A stretch of 64,000 nt of DNA from Prochlorococcus sp. AG-363-P19 (GTDB lineage: Bacteria > Cyanobacteriota > Cyanobacteriia > PCC-6307 > Cyanobiaceae): NCBI GenBank assembly GCA_003280055.1, contig QCGG01000008.1, positions 19,700 through 83,699 of the forward strand, read 5' to 3'. The notes under the pieces were generated by a model that saw only the letters and a program-made list of their open reading frames with translations, did no database searches and was not told the DNA's origin. Positions 51,105 to 62,420 of this stretch are shown in pieces. The first letter of the stretch is position 1. The number at the start of each line of letters is the position of its first letter. Made by a program: the position numbers and the translations under genes.

Positions 51105-52034
51105 TGAAGGCATGTCTCTCCAAAGATTGAGGTGGTTTAGAGCTGTTTGAGCATCTAGACCTATTTGTTTGCTTAAAGCTTCAATATTTTCAAACCGCTT
51201 TTGGTCGCGAATTTTTTTTATGGGTTGGATGATTAGATCATGCCCTAATAAATCTTTTTCTTCATTAAGGATGTGTACTTCTACTGCTGAAGGTGAACTT
51301 GGATCAATAGTTGGTTGTGGTCCAAGGTTCATAACAGCTGGGAACGCCTTTTTATTTGAGTTGATCCATGCAAAAGCAGCGTAAACCCCTAGGCAAGGAA
51401 GAAACTTCCTGCCATCAACTAGTAAGTTTGCGGTTGGCCACCCGATTTGTTTGCCTAGGCCGCGACCTTTTACAACGCTGCCACGGAATTTATATGGTCT
51501 ACCCATAAGGCTTTTTGCTGTTTCCAAGTTTCCATCATTAAGGGCTTTTCGTATTCGACTACTGCTCATGCGACCTTCTTCATCTTTCAAGATTGGTGTT
51601 ACGAGAATTTCTACCTGTGATGCTTTGCCAAGTTCTTTGAGAGTATTTACATCGCCTTCGCGATTCTTTCCGAAGCGAAAGTTTGCACCCACAGCAATTC
51701 GGCGGGCATTGAGAGTTTTTACGAGCATTTCATGAAAAAACACTTTTGCGCTTAATGATGCAAGTTTTTGATTAAAAGGCACAAGTACTAACTGCTCTAC
51801 TCCAAGAGGAGACAGTAGCGATGTTTTTTCGCTTGGTAGATCCAACCTCAGTCTTGGTTCTGAATAAAGGACCTCTCGGGGATGTGGCCAAAAACTAACC
51901 ACACTTGGGATGCCAGGAGCATCATTTACTACGACTTCTATTACTTTTCGATGACCTGCATGTAGGCCGTCAAAGCTCCCTAACGCCAGTGACGTTGGGG
52001 TAAGTGCCTGTTCTGGAGAGCGGAGAGGTATCAC
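51099..52034 (-). CDS. ribF: Bifunctional riboflavin kinase / FMN adenylyltransferase
   Basis: ALGSFDGLHAGH, the riboflavin-kinase part GWPTANL, and EVHIL. Start reassigned to GTG 52034 (VIPLRSPEQ...), giving about 311 aa. The track ORF runs to 52322 and would overlap the divergent gene. Confidence 0.88.
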   Translation of the reverse strand: MIPLRSPEQALTPTSLALGSFDGLHAGHRKVIEVVVNDAPGIPSVVSFWPHPREVLYSEPRLRLDLPSEKTSLLSPLGVEQLVLVPFNQKLASLSAKVFFHEMLVKTLNARRIAVGANFRFGKNREGDVNTLKELGKASQVEILVTPILKDEEGRMSSSRIRKALNDGNLETAKSLMGRPYKFRGSVVKGRGLGKQIGWPTANLLVDGRKFLPCLGVYAAFAWINSNKKAFPAVMNLGPQPTIDPSSPSAVEVHILNEEKDLLGHDLIIQPIKKIRDQKRFENIEALSKQIGLDAQTALNHLNLWRDMPSS

Positions 52035-52094
52035 GAGTTTCGTGCAGACTCTTGGTATTGATGGCAAGTTTGGACGAGTGTTGTTAAATCCTTC

Positions 52095-52640
52095 ATGGCT
52101 GACCGATTGGACTTTCAGCTTCTTTCTCTTGGGTTGCGTCGAATGGGCTGGATTCGATTTTGGAGCCAAGTAACTCTCGGTGTAGTTGTTATTGGAATTT
52201 TGGCAACCAATCGCTTTGCTGCAACTACTGGCAAGACAATCGCCCCTGGGTGGGGAGCAGCAGTTGGTGCTACTACCTTGTCGTTCTTCATTTTGCTTTA
52301 TAGCCTTTGGCAAGGTTGGCAAATCGTCAAACTTGGTAGAGCTTTAGACAGTGCTGTTAGACCCAGTAGGGGTGAAGCGAGTCGATTAATGAAGCGAGGG
52401 ATATTCTTTGATTTGCTTGGCTTAACTCTTGCTGTAGTTGGATATCAAGCCTATGGAGGAAGTCTTTTTATGGAGACATTGAAACAAACACCTGGAGTGG
52501 CGATAGGCACTATTACTGAAAATTTCACAATTAATTCGATTCAAATTCTTTCTCTTTTAAGCAATACTCAGGTTTTATTTGCACATGCAATTGGATTAAT
52601 AATTTCTCTTTGGTTACTTCGCCGTATTTATCGAAATTGA
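52095..52640 (+). CDS. Conserved-looking 4-TM membrane protein (DUF3611-like)
   Basis: Four hydrophobic segments in 181 aa. The family name is from memory only. Confidence 0.6.
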   Translation: MADRLDFQLLSLGLRRMGWIRFWSQVTLGVVVIGILATNRFAATTGKTIAPGWGAAVGATTLSFFILLYSLWQGWQIVKLGRALDSAVRPSRGEASRLMKRGIFFDLLGLTLAVVGYQAYGGSLFMETLKQTPGVAIGTITENFTINSIQILSLLSNTQVLFAHAIGLIISLWLLRRIYRN

Positions 52641-52642
52641 TT

Positions 52643-53428
52643 TTAACTGAAATTTAAATTTGGAAGGTTCTCTAGTGGACCACGCCAGAAGAGATCAGGT
52701 TGAATAGGTGTCAAAGAGGGACCATTTGATTCAATTTGAGCCACATCACTTGGCCATTCTCTAGGACCATCTCCTGCAGACTCAAGATCTTTGACTACTT
52801 CACCAGCAAGCCAAAAATATGTACTACCTCTAGGGTCTTGACGCTTGCTAAATTGCTCTTCATACCGCCTTATAGAAAGTCTAGACCAGCCCAGAGATCC
52901 CATTTTTTCAGGGATACAAGGTGGAATATTTAGATTTAGAAGGAGGCTGCTAGGCCATTGGTCATTCAGGGCCTTTTGGGCTACATCGAGGGCTATTTGA
53001 GCAGCACCTTTGAAATCCCGCCATTTATAGCAGGCAATACTCACTGCCATAGATGGCAAGCCCTCAAGTGTCCCTTCCATTGCAGCAGCAACAGTTCCTG
53101 AACAAAAAATGTCTGTACCTAGGTTTGGACCATGATTTATTCCTGAGAGAACTAGATCAGGTTTTGAAGGTAGAAGTTCCGAAAGTGCAATTTTTATACA
53201 GTCAGCAGGAGTTCCACTGCAACTCCATGAAATAACACCTTCAGGATAAAGTTCGTTTGCTTGCTCAACTCGAATTGGGTTTTGTAGCGTTAGTCCATGA
53301 CCTGTAGCAGATCTTTCTTGGTCAGGCGCTACTACTGTGACTTCATGTCCATGGATGCTTGCTTCAGAAGCAAGAGTTCTGATACCTAAAGAGGACACAC
53401 CGTCATCATTGCTTATTAGAATCTTCAT
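52643..53428 (-). CDS. surE: 5'/3'-nucleotidase SurE
   Basis: [10 protein letters not shown]..., [19 protein letters not shown]. Confidence 0.95.
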   Translation of the reverse strand: MKILISNDDGVSSLGIRTLASEASIHGHEVTVVAPDQERSATGHGLTLQNPIRVEQANELYPEGVISWSCSGTPADCIKIALSELLPSKPDLVLSGINHGPNLGTDIFCSGTVAAAMEGTLEGLPSMAVSIACYKWRDFKGAAQIALDVAQKALNDQWPSSLLLNLNIPPCIPEKMGSLGWSRLSIRRYEEQFSKRQDPRGSTYFWLAGEVVKDLESAGDGPREWPSDVAQIESNGPSLTPIQPDLFWRGPLENLPNLNFS

Positions 53429-53511
53429 CTGCTTAATTGCTTAGGGGAGTACTTTGTTGCACGACCTCTTGCTGAGGGCTTTTTAAATTCTTTCATTAGG
53501 AGATAGTTGAT

Positions 53512-54519
53512 TTGAAGTCCGACATTTCTCTTACACAACTTACTGATCAGCTTGATCTGTTGGAGGCTGAAGCAGCTTCAGACATTAATGATGCAAAAGA
53601 TTCTGACTCTCTTGAGAAGATACGAGTCAATCTTCTGGGAAAGAAAGGTCGCTTGTCAATTGTTTTGGGGGCAATGTCAAGTCTTTCTGCTGAAGAAAGA
53701 CCGCTTGTTGGCCAGCGAGCAAATGTCTTGAAAAAGCATTTGCAAAATTTGTTGTCTCAACGAATTGAGTATTTAAAAGATAAGTCAATGACAGAGAGGT
53801 TAGATCGAGAAACCTTGGATGTAACTGCAATGCCTACAGGGACACCCTTTGGTAAAAGGCATCCTTTGATAACTACTACTGAAGATATTGTTGATTTATT
53901 TTGTGGCTTGGGTTATTCAGTTGCAGAAGGACCTGAAATTGAGACAGATGAATATAACTTCACAGCTTTAAATATCCCTGAGGATCATCCTGCACGTGAT
54001 ATGCAAGACACTTTTTATTTAGGAGGGCAGAGATTACTTAGAACACATACTTCACCTGTTCAGATTAGATACTTAAAGGACAATCCCCCTCCTGTTCGAA
54101 TAGTTGCTCCTGGAAGGGTTTATAGAAGAGACGCTGTTGATGCTACTCATTCCCCTGTTTTTCATCAGGTTGAAGTCTTGGCAATTGATGAGGGTTTGGA
54201 CTTCAGCCATCTGAGAGGGACTGTTCTGGCTTTTCTAACAGCTTTTTTTGGTGATTTACCAGTACGTTTTCGTGCAAGTTATTTTCCTTTTACGGAGCCA
54301 TCTGCAGAGGTTGATGTTCAGTGGCGAGGCAGATGGCTTGAGGTTATGGGATGTGGAATGGTTGATCCTGCAGTTTTGGAGGGCTTAGGACTTGACCCTG
54401 ATAGATGGAGTGGTTTTGCCGCAGGTCTAGGTGTAGAACGTTTTTGTATGGTTCGGCATGGTATTGACGACATTCGTCGTTTTTATACAAGTGATTTACG
54501 ATTTTTAGAACAGTTTTAA
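53512..54519 (+). CDS. pheS: Phenylalanine--tRNA ligase alpha subunit
   Basis: Class II motifs ([36 protein letters not shown]). TTG start preceded by AGGAG. Confidence 0.96.
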   Translation: MKSDISLTQLTDQLDLLEAEAASDINDAKDSDSLEKIRVNLLGKKGRLSIVLGAMSSLSAEERPLVGQRANVLKKHLQNLLSQRIEYLKDKSMTERLDRETLDVTAMPTGTPFGKRHPLITTTEDIVDLFCGLGYSVAEGPEIETDEYNFTALNIPEDHPARDMQDTFYLGGQRLLRTHTSPVQIRYLKDNPPPVRIVAPGRVYRRDAVDATHSPVFHQVEVLAIDEGLDFSHLRGTVLAFLTAFFGDLPVRFRASYFPFTEPSAEVDVQWRGRWLEVMGCGMVDPAVLEGLGLDPDRWSGFAAGLGVERFCMVRHGIDDIRRFYTSDLRFLEQF

Positions 54520-54564
54520 GCCAAAGTGAAATGGTTTTATTAATATGTATTTGTAGTTTGTCTA

Positions 54565-55482
54565 ATGCGATCGTTGCCATGCATTGGACTGATAGTAAAT
54601 GACAGCAAAGAGATTGCTGTAGAAGTAGCTCTCACTATTCAATCCCGAATTGAGAGTGAAGGTCATAGTGTGATTAGAGCTAGTAGTGCTGGTGGGTTGG
54701 TTGGATTTGCAAATCCAGATCAGCACATGAGAATGCTTGGGTATAACGCTTGTGTGCCAAAGGGTTTTGATGCCTCAATGGCCTTAGCGATTGTCCTTGG
54801 TGGAGATGGAACTGTGCTTTCGGCGGCTAGACAAACAGCACCATTGCAAATCCCCATACTCACTATCAATACTGGTCACCTTGGCTTTTTAGCGGAAGCA
54901 TATTTGGCTGATTTAGAAGATGCTTTAGAACAAGTTCTTTCTATGAATTGGAGTGTTGAGACTCGTTCAAGTTTGGTTGTAAGTGTTTTTAGGGGAGAGC
55001 AAAGAAGATGGGAAGCTCTCTCTTTGAATGAAATGGCTTTACATAGAGAGCCTTTGACAAGCATGTGCCATTTTGAGATCGCAATAGGGCGTCATGCACC
55101 TGTAGATATTTCAGCTGATGGAGTAATCCTTTCAACTCCGACTGGCTCTACTGCTTATGCACTTAGCGCGGGAGGGCCTGTCATTACTCCAGATTGTCCA
55201 GTGCTTCAATTGGCGCCAATTGCACCTCATTCATTGGCTTCTAGAGCCCTTGTCTTTAGTGATCAGGAGCCTGTAACTATTTTCCCGGCTACACCAGAGA
55301 GATTGATGATGGTTGTTGATGGAAGCGCAGGTTGCTATGTGTGGCCTGAGGATAGAGTCTTGATCCGAAGAAGTGATCACCCTGTCAAATTCGTGAGACT
55401 TGCGGATCATGAGTTCTTTCAAGTTCTTAGAAATAAACTTGGCTGGGGATTGCCTCATGTGGCTAAACCTGATATGCAATGA
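54565..55482 (+). CDS. nadK: NAD+ kinase
   Basis: [34 protein letters not shown]. Confidence 0.95.
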   Translation: MRSLPCIGLIVNDSKEIAVEVALTIQSRIESEGHSVIRASSAGGLVGFANPDQHMRMLGYNACVPKGFDASMALAIVLGGDGTVLSAARQTAPLQIPILTINTGHLGFLAEAYLADLEDALEQVLSMNWSVETRSSLVVSVFRGEQRRWEALSLNEMALHREPLTSMCHFEIAIGRHAPVDISADGVILSTPTGSTAYALSAGGPVITPDCPVLQLAPIAPHSLASRALVFSDQEPVTIFPATPERLMMVVDGSAGCYVWPEDRVLIRRSDHPVKFVRLADHEFFQVLRNKLGWGLPHVAKPDMQ

Positions 55483-55495
55483 AATCGCATTGAAA

Positions 55496-56005
55496 ATGAC
55501 TTCTTTTATTGCAAGATATAAGTATTTTTTTTTCTTCTTACTTTTCCTTTTCTTCTTCATAAAATTACTTGATAAGTCATCTAGCCAAGAGTCAATAAAG
55601 ATTATCCCTCAGTACTTACCTTTGAAATCACAACTATGTCTTGAAAATACTGAATGCATTAAATTAGAAGTTGCTGAGAGTTCTGCGGAGAAGAATTTGG
55701 GCTTGATGCAGCGTGTTTCTCTCCATGGAAATAGTGGAATGCTCTTTCCTTTTAACCCACCCAAAAAAGTAGCTTTTTGGATGTATAAAATGCTATTTTC
55801 TGTAGATATGATATTTATTTTTGAAGGTCAGGTTGTTGCTGTTATTTCAAATGTACCAATTTGTTCTTCTTTGCCTTGCCCAACCTATGGACCAGAAAGT
55901 CCTGTAGATGGTGTGATAGAATTAGTTTCTGGAGAGGCAAAGCGATTGAATATTAAACAAGGTAAATCAATTAGCATTAATTCAATTTTAGTCCCGGCAG
56001 ATTGA
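55496..56005 (+). CDS. DUF192-like exported protein
   Basis: The ATG at 55496 gives an N-terminal hydrophobic leader. The core GLMQRVSL...GMLFPF...FWMYKMLFSVDMIFI is DUF192-like. The track start 55400 overlaps nadK. Confidence 0.65.
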   Translation: MTSFIARYKYFFFFLLFLFFFIKLLDKSSSQESIKIIPQYLPLKSQLCLENTECIKLEVAESSAEKNLGLMQRVSLHGNSGMLFPFNPPKKVAFWMYKMLFSVDMIFIFEGQVVAVISNVPICSSLPCPTYGPESPVDGVIELVSGEAKRLNIKQGKSISINSILVPAD

Positions 56006-56006
56006 A

Positions 56007-57308
56007 TTAATCATGCTGACATCGCTTCCCCTTTACTATAAAAACTGGATTCATAGGGCAGAGTCGAGTACCCCCAGCTAGAGGTAAGCCTCTAGCTGCC
56101 TGATGTTGATTGAGTGTGAAAATATAACCTGAAGAAATAATTAGATCTTTAATAGAATATATTTCCTCAATTGTTGCCATTGGTATCACCAAAATACCTT
56201 CAGGAGATAATCTCTCAAGTGTTAATTTAATTAGTTCATTTCTCTGTGGACCACCACCTCCAATTATTACTCTGTCTGGGGTCTTAAGATCAAAAGGAAG
56301 ATCATTTTTTATTAGATAAGTTAAGGCCTCTGCTTCTATAATTGCCTTTGGATTCACTTCTAGCCGAAGAGCATTTGCCCTGATAGTTTCGGCTCCTCCT
56401 CCTCGCTTTTCTATAAATAGAGCTTTAAGCCTTGGGTTGATTCTTAAGGCTTCTAAACCGATACTACCGACTCCCGCACATAAGTCCCAGAGAACCCCTT
56501 CTATGGGCAGTTCCAAATCAGCTAATAGTTGAACTCTGACCTCTCTTTTTGTCATTAAACCAGGCCTGTCTAAATTTTGTAGAAACAGCCCATCTTCAAT
56601 TCCGAAAAGAGGAAGTTTTTTTGTTGAAAATTCATTATTCTTTAACATAAGAATAACCATATGTAGAGGATGAATGTCTTCTAGAATTTCATCATTTGGA
56701 GACAGACTCCAGATCTTTTCATCTTTATGTCCAAGTTGTTCAAATATCCAAAAACTATAGTTATCTTCTAATCCTAAAGTTCTTAATGCTGAGCGTACTT
56801 CGTTGAGCCCTCCTTTAGTTGGATCAGTAAGGATGGCAAGTAATTCAGGCCTGTTTTTTAATTTGCTTATAAGTTGGCTTGGATCTCTTCCATGGAGACT
56901 TACCCATTCAGTACCTTCCCAAGATCTGCCTATTCTGGAAAATGCCAGTTGCATCGATGTTGGTGAAGGGTGGAATTTAAGTTGACTAGGTGGAAAATTT
57001 CCTAGTAACTTTCTCCCAATCCCAAACCAGAGAGGATCTCCACTTGCAAGTAATACGGTTATAGCCTCTTCATCTTCTGTGATCCAATTGATTAAATCAT
57101 TCGTTTGGCCAATATTGAAAAGTTCAGGAGTGGCTACTCCCTTACCATGTTGAGCCCACCATTTTGGGAACTCTTGTAATAATCTTTGTGGAGCGGCAAC
57201 TTTATTGGCCATTAAAACAAGGTTTTGCATTTGAATTGGAAGGTTTGCTAGGCCCCCGGCATTAGTTCCGATTACATAAATGGGGCTTCTTTCTGAATGA
57301 CTATTCAT
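56007..57308 (-). CDS. cobL: Precorrin-6Y C5,15-methyltransferase (decarboxylating), CbiE/CbiT fusion
   Basis: N-terminal tetrapyrrole methylase-like half, plus a C-terminal SAM-MTase (LWDLCAGVGSIGLEA). Confidence 0.85.
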   Translation of the reverse strand: MNSHSERSPIYVIGTNAGGLANLPIQMQNLVLMANKVAAPQRLLQEFPKWWAQHGKGVATPELFNIGQTNDLINWITEDEEAITVLLASGDPLWFGIGRKLLGNFPPSQLKFHPSPTSMQLAFSRIGRSWEGTEWVSLHGRDPSQLISKLKNRPELLAILTDPTKGGLNEVRSALRTLGLEDNYSFWIFEQLGHKDEKIWSLSPNDEILEDIHPLHMVILMLKNNEFSTKKLPLFGIEDGLFLQNLDRPGLMTKREVRVQLLADLELPIEGVLWDLCAGVGSIGLEALRINPRLKALFIEKRGGGAETIRANALRLEVNPKAIIEAEALTYLIKNDLPFDLKTPDRVIIGGGGPQRNELIKLTLERLSPEGILVIPMATIEEIYSIKDLIISSGYIFTLNQHQAARGLPLAGGTRLCPMNPVFIVKGKRCQHD

Positions 57309-57396
57309 GGGTTTATTCTTTTATTCTCTGAGAGACCTCTTCTGATGAGATTTAAAATTGCCATGGTTCTTTCTAGTAAACAGGAGATAGTCTTTT

Positions 57397-57660
57397 GTGG
57401 AAAATTCAAAAAACAACTTTGATCAAGCCATTCCAAGAAGGATGCGAATTCATGAACTGATGATTGCACTTCTTAATCAGCAAAAAGACTTGGAGTTGAT
57501 CGATACTGAGACTCCTTCCATTGAAATTGGCAGAGGTAATCACGCTAATGAGGATCCTGCCCGCTGGCTAGATAGGAATCACCGTGTTCTTAAGCACTAT
57601 CAAGCACTTGTTAGAACAGCTATTACTATTGATGCCCTTCTGGATGCTGAGCAAGACTAA
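57397..57660 (+). CDS. Hypothetical small protein (87 aa)
   Basis: Clean ORF with a GTG start and hydrophilic composition. No recognisable motif. Confidence 0.45.
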   Translation: MENSKNNFDQAIPRRMRIHELMIALLNQQKDLELIDTETPSIEIGRGNHANEDPARWLDRNHRVLKHYQALVRTAITIDALLDAEQD

Positions 57661-57707
57661 CGTTCTTAATTGGCTCAGTACCCAGATTTGTAATAGCTTT
57701 TCAGTTT

Positions 57708-58247
57708 ATGGACTTTAACAAGAATTCTTTTAAACCCCTTCCTAAAAGGTTTCTTTCTTTTGTGAAAATAGTTAGCTGTCTATTGGTTGTATTTATTTAT
57801 TTGCTAATTAACCCCTTTATGGCTAAAGCACAATTGCAAAATTTAAAAGTTCATGATGGAGCAAGCCTTATTCGAAGCGTTGAAAGCCTTAGAGATCTTG
57901 ATTATCAGACTTGGCAAATGGTGGCTTATAAAGAGGGGTCTTTGGACTCTACGAAAACTTTGAGGATAGTTGGTTATCCTGGAACACTTCGACTTGATCA
58001 CCCTACTGCACTTAGAGTTCAGGCAGGTTTGAGAACTTGGAATCTGGATGACATTACTCTTTTAAATGAAAATTTGGCAAAAGATCCTAGAGAGGCAGCA
58101 GCGGAATTTGATTTAACTCCTTTGTTAAATGACTTGACTAATAATAGACCTCTAAGATTGTTTTTATCAGGTGCTTTTACTGAATTGCCAGTTCCACCAT
58201 TTGTTGTTGGCGAATGGCGATCTATAGACAATCCAGAGAAAACCTAA
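57708..58247 (+). CDS. Exported hypothetical protein (DUF3122-like)
   Basis: N-terminal signal/TM (IVSCLLVVFIYLLINPFMAKA) followed by a soluble domain. The family name is from memory only. Confidence 0.55.
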   Translation: MDFNKNSFKPLPKRFLSFVKIVSCLLVVFIYLLINPFMAKAQLQNLKVHDGASLIRSVESLRDLDYQTWQMVAYKEGSLDSTKTLRIVGYPGTLRLDHPTALRVQAGLRTWNLDDITLLNENLAKDPREAAAEFDLTPLLNDLTNNRPLRLFLSGAFTELPVPPFVVGEWRSIDNPEKT

Positions 58248-58262
58248 AAACAGAGAAAAATT

Positions 58263-59339
58263 GTGAATAGCCCTTGGGATTCATGGATGCAACGAGCACT
58301 GCAATTAGCAGCATTGGCTGAAAAGAATCCAAGCCCTAATCCGCTTGTAGGGGCTGTTGTGATCAATCAAGAGGGGACTTTAGTAGGAGAGGGCTTTCAT
58401 GCTTGTGCAGGCATGCCTCATGCTGAGGTAGGTGCACTATCGCAGGCGGGCAAACGGGCAAAAGGAGGGACCTTGGTAGTGACATTGGAACCCTGTTGTC
58501 ATTTTGGGAAAACACCCCCCTGCACAGATTTGGTTTTGTCTTCAGGTGTGCGAAGGGTGGTTGTTGCTTTAAAGGACCCTGATCCTCGAGTATCAGGAGC
58601 CGGATTAAAGCGTCTTAAAGATTCTGGATTGCAGGTTATTACTGGTGTTTTAGAAGATTTAGCTGCTGAGCAGAACAAGGCTTTTATTCACAAAATTGGT
58701 ACACGACGTCCTTGGGGGATTATGAAGTGGGCAATGAGTTTTGATGGCCGTATTGCACTTCCAAATGGTGAGAGTAAATGGATAACTAATCAGGAAGCTC
58801 GTGATTGGGTTCATGAGTTAAGAGGACAGGTTGACGCAGTAATTGTTGGTGGTGGAACAGCTAGAAGAGATGATCCGTTGTTAACTTCCAGAGGAAAGGC
58901 ACGCAAAGAGCCACTTCGTGTCGTTTTAAGTAGAAGTCTTGATATGCCAAGGGGTTTAAAGCTTTTTGACACGTCAGTAGCTAGAACTCTTATTGCTTAT
59001 GGACCTGAGTCACCAAAGGATTTATTGATTGAATTGCCAAATGGGCTCGAAAAAATCCAATTGGGTGCGTCTGAGCCTATTGATTTGATGAACAAATTAG
59101 GTGAGATGGGATGTAATTCGGTTCTTTGGGAATGTGGCCCAAAGCTTGCTTCAGTAGCAATTCAGCAAGGCTGTGTTCAGGAACTTGCCTTGATGCTTTC
59201 TCCTAAATTGTTGGGTGGTTTCCCTGCGAGTACCCCTCTTGCGAACTTTGGTTTTAATTCCCTAGAAGAAGCTTTTAGAGTAAAGCCAATTTCTAAGAAG
59301 ACTTTTGAACAAGATCTTCTAATTAGGGCTTTGTTCTAA
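58263..59339 (+). CDS. ribD: Riboflavin biosynthesis protein RibD (deaminase/reductase)
   Basis: The zinc deaminase motifs are HAEVGAL and PCCHFGKTPPC. A C-terminal reductase domain follows. Confidence 0.95.
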   Translation: MNSPWDSWMQRALQLAALAEKNPSPNPLVGAVVINQEGTLVGEGFHACAGMPHAEVGALSQAGKRAKGGTLVVTLEPCCHFGKTPPCTDLVLSSGVRRVVVALKDPDPRVSGAGLKRLKDSGLQVITGVLEDLAAEQNKAFIHKIGTRRPWGIMKWAMSFDGRIALPNGESKWITNQEARDWVHELRGQVDAVIVGGGTARRDDPLLTSRGKARKEPLRVVLSRSLDMPRGLKLFDTSVARTLIAYGPESPKDLLIELPNGLEKIQLGASEPIDLMNKLGEMGCNSVLWECGPKLASVAIQQGCVQELALMLSPKLLGGFPASTPLANFGFNSLEEAFRVKPISKKTFEQDLLIRALF

Positions 59340-59523
59340 TGAAATGCTTCTGAGGGTCAACTTTAAGTTTTTTTGCTTCATCGATTTTCCCCTTAAAGCT
59401 CTCCTTGTTCAATTGGTTATTGCTTTTGCCCTGATCAAAATAGTTTTGGCTGGATTTAACGTTCGGTTCTTACACCAGTCAAAAGAAACGTTTTTTTTAT
59501 CTTCGACTTAGCTTAGTGTTCCG

Positions 59524-61416
59524 ATGAGCAGTGGGCTAATGCCGATACGTCAGGATGACAACAGGCCAAACCGTCGCTTTGGCATTATCAATTTGATTTT
59601 GATTGGGTTTGGAGTCTTGTTGCTTTTAAGCAGCTTGGTCCCCAATCCAAGTAATCAGGTTCCGCGTGTCCCTTATTCGTTGTTTATTAATCAAGTCAAT
59701 GATGGTGAAGTCAAGAGGGCATATATAACTCAGGAGCAAATTCGTTACGAACTTACTGCTCCAAAAGATGGAAGTCCCTCTGTGCTTGCAACAACACCGA
59801 TTTTCGATATGGACTTGCCTCAAAGGCTTGAGGGCAAGGGAGTTGAATTTGCAGCAGCACCTCCTAAGAAACCAAATATCTTTACTACTGTTCTTAGTTG
59901 GGTAGTACCACCTCTTATTTTTATTCTTGTCCTGCAGTTTTTTGCTCGGAGAAGCATGGGAGGTGGCGGAGCTCAAGGTGCCTTGAGTTTTACAAAAAGC
60001 AAAGCAAAGGTTTATGTCCCTGATGAAGAATCCAGAGTAACTTTTGATGATGTTGCCGGAGTAGATGAGGCAAAAGATGAGTTAACAGAGATAGTTGATT
60101 TCTTGAAAACCCCTGAGAGATATACAGATATTGGTGCTCGTATTCCTAAGGGTGTTTTACTTGTCGGTCCTCCAGGTACTGGTAAGACACTTCTTTCAAA
60201 GGCGGTGGCAGGTGAAGCAAGTGTTCCATTCTTTATTATCTCAGGATCAGAATTTGTTGAATTATTTGTTGGGGCTGGTGCTGCTAGAGTTCGAGACTTA
60301 TTTGAACAGGCGAAAAAGAAAGCCCCCTGCATCATTTTTATTGATGAATTAGATGCTATTGGAAAGAGTCGGTCTGGCTCTATGGGAGTAGTTGGTGGTA
60401 ATGATGAGAGAGAGCAAACTCTCAATCAGTTGCTAACTGAAATGGATGGTTTTTCTGCTACAGATAAACCAGTAATTGTTTTAGCTGCTACAAACCAACC
60501 TGAGGTACTTGATGCTGCATTATTGCGTCCAGGACGTTTTGATAGACAGGTACTTGTTGATAGACCAGATCTGTCAGGAAGGAAGACAATTCTTGATATT
60601 TACGTAAAGAAAGTAAAACTAGCTGATGGAGTCGATCTTGATCGTATAGCTCAAGCGACTAGTGGATTTGCTGGAGCGGATTTGGCTAATATGGTTAATG
60701 AAGCAGCTTTATTAGCAGCAAGAGGTAAACGCAAAAAGGTTGAACAGAAAGATTTGAATGAGGCAATAGAGAGGGTTGTTGCAGGGCTTGAGAAGAAGAG
60801 TCGTGTTCTTCAACAAGATGAGAAGAAGGTTGTTGCTTATCATGAGGTCGGCCATGCAATAGTTGGCCATTTGATGCCTGGGGGCAGCAAGGTTGCAAAG
60901 ATTTCTATTGTTCCTAGAGGGATGAGTGCGCTGGGATATACCTTGCAATTGCCTACAGAAGAGAGGTTCCTTAATTCCAAGCAAGATTTGGAAGGACAGA
61001 TAGCAACCTTGTTAGGAGGTAGATCAGCAGAGGAAATTGTTTTTGGGAAGATTACTACTGGTGCTGCAAATGATTTACAGCGTGCGACTGATTTGGCTGA
61101 GCAAATGGTTGGTACATATGGAATGAGTGACATCTTGGGACCATTGGCTTATGACAAACAAGGTGGGGGTCGCTTTCTTGGAGGTGGAAATAACCCCAGA
61201 AGAGTTGTTAGTGATGCAACTGCGCAAGCTATTGATAAGGAAGTAAGGAGTTTGGTTGATGATGGTCATGACAACGCGCTTAAGATTCTTAGGCATAATC
61301 TTCCTCTTCTAGAAAATATTGCTCAGAAAATCCTTGAGAAGGAAGTGATTGAGGGTGATGAGCTTAAGGATATGCTTGATGCTAGTAACCTCCCTGCAGG
61401 CCTTATTTCCGCCTAG
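59524..61416 (+). CDS. ftsH: ATP-dependent zinc metalloprotease FtsH
   Basis: Two TM segments, Walker [14 protein letters not shown] region, and zinc site HEVGHAIV. Confidence 0.98.
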   Translation: MSSGLMPIRQDDNRPNRRFGIINLILIGFGVLLLLSSLVPNPSNQVPRVPYSLFINQVNDGEVKRAYITQEQIRYELTAPKDGSPSVLATTPIFDMDLPQRLEGKGVEFAAAPPKKPNIFTTVLSWVVPPLIFILVLQFFARRSMGGGGAQGALSFTKSKAKVYVPDEESRVTFDDVAGVDEAKDELTEIVDFLKTPERYTDIGARIPKGVLLVGPPGTGKTLLSKAVAGEASVPFFIISGSEFVELFVGAGAARVRDLFEQAKKKAPCIIFIDELDAIGKSRSGSMGVVGGNDEREQTLNQLLTEMDGFSATDKPVIVLAATNQPEVLDAALLRPGRFDRQVLVDRPDLSGRKTILDIYVKKVKLADGVDLDRIAQATSGFAGADLANMVNEAALLAARGKRKKVEQKDLNEAIERVVAGLEKKSRVLQQDEKKVVAYHEVGHAIVGHLMPGGSKVAKISIVPRGMSALGYTLQLPTEERFLNSKQDLEGQIATLLGGRSAEEIVFGKITTGAANDLQRATDLAEQMVGTYGMSDILGPLAYDKQGGGRFLGGGNNPRRVVSDATAQAIDKEVRSLVDDGHDNALKILRHNLPLLENIAQKILEKEVIEGDELKDMLDASNLPAGLISA

Positions 61417-61460
61417 CGGAGATTCGTATATCAGGGAGTTGATCTATGAAAGCTCTCTAA

Positions 61461-62417
61461 ATGGCTACGCTTAATCAGGGTGTTGCTGCAATTCTTTCAC
61501 CTTTAAAGGGCAGTGACTTTTTGTCCTCTGCCGACTTGACTTCTCAACAGACATTTGCATTGCTTGAGTTAGCATTGCAATTAAAAAAAGCAGAACGAAG
61601 AATTGATTTAGGGAATAGAGTCCTTGGCCTGATATTTACTAAGGCTTCGACAAGAACAAGAGTTAGCTTTCAAGTTGCAATGGCTCGATTAGGGGGACAA
61701 ACGGTTGATTTGAATCCACAAGTTACCCAACTAGGAAGAGGAGAACCTCTTGAGGACACCGCTAGGGTCTTAAGTCGATTTTGTGATGCTCTTGCTGTTA
61801 GGACTTTTAAGCAAAAAGAATTGTCTGAATATGCTCGATGGGCCTCGATTCCAGTTTTAAATGCATTAACTGATTTGGAACATCCATGTCAGGCTCTAGC
61901 TGACTTTCTTACAATTAAAGAGGCTTTTGGAGATTTAGAAGGCAGAACACTTACATATATAGGTGATGGAAATAATGTTGCCCATTCCTTGATGCTTTGT
62001 GGTTCATTGTTAGGTGTGAATATTCGAATTGCCTCTCCAAAAGGGTTTGAGCCCTTGCCTGAAGTGGTAAAGAAAGCAAAACTGCTTTCTAATTCACCCT
62101 CCTCAATTGAGGTTTTTAATGATCCTTTTAGTGCCATCAGAGGTGTAGAGGCTGTTTATACGGATGTTTGGGCTTCAATGGGACAAGAGCAAGAGCAGTC
62201 TATTCGTGCAAAAGCCTTTGAGGGCTTTTGCTTGAATAAGGATCTTCTCTCACAAGCAGATACAAAAGCGATTGTTTTACATTGTTTACCTGCTCACAGG
62301 GGCGAAGAAATCAGTGCCGAAGTTTTCGAATCTGATGCAAGCAGGATTTTTGATCAATCTGAAAATCGATTACATGTTCAACAGGCCCTGTTGGCAGCTG
62401 TTCTTGGAGGTCTGTAA
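61461..62417 (+). CDS. argF: Ornithine carbamoyltransferase
   Basis: STRTRVSF, HPCQALAD, DVWASMG, HCLPAHRGEE. Confidence 0.96.
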   Translation: MATLNQGVAAILSPLKGSDFLSSADLTSQQTFALLELALQLKKAERRIDLGNRVLGLIFTKASTRTRVSFQVAMARLGGQTVDLNPQVTQLGRGEPLEDTARVLSRFCDALAVRTFKQKELSEYARWASIPVLNALTDLEHPCQALADFLTIKEAFGDLEGRTLTYIGDGNNVAHSLMLCGSLLGVNIRIASPKGFEPLPEVVKKAKLLSNSPSSIEVFNDPFSAIRGVEAVYTDVWASMGQEQEQSIRAKAFEGFCLNKDLLSQADTKAIVLHCLPAHRGEEISAEVFESDASRIFDQSENRLHVQQALLAAVLGGL

Positions 62418-62420
62418 GTA

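Noticed and set aside
52035-52322. 96-residue N-terminal extension of ribF (Cys/Ser/Pro/Asn-rich)
   Set aside because: It is low-complexity, absent from RibF proteins as I know them, and overlaps the divergent 4-TM gene starting at 52095. A GTG at 52034 gives a normal-length RibF.
59344-59511. 55-aa plus-strand ORF upstream of ftsH (MLLRVNFKFFCFIDFPLKALLVQ...)
   Set aside because: It is Phe/Leu-rich from T-runs in a promoter/UTR-like region, with no supporting signal. It is probably non-coding.
60012-61296. Multiple antisense and alternate-frame ORFs within ftsH
   Set aside because: ftsH is unambiguous, and the nested ORFs lack motifs.
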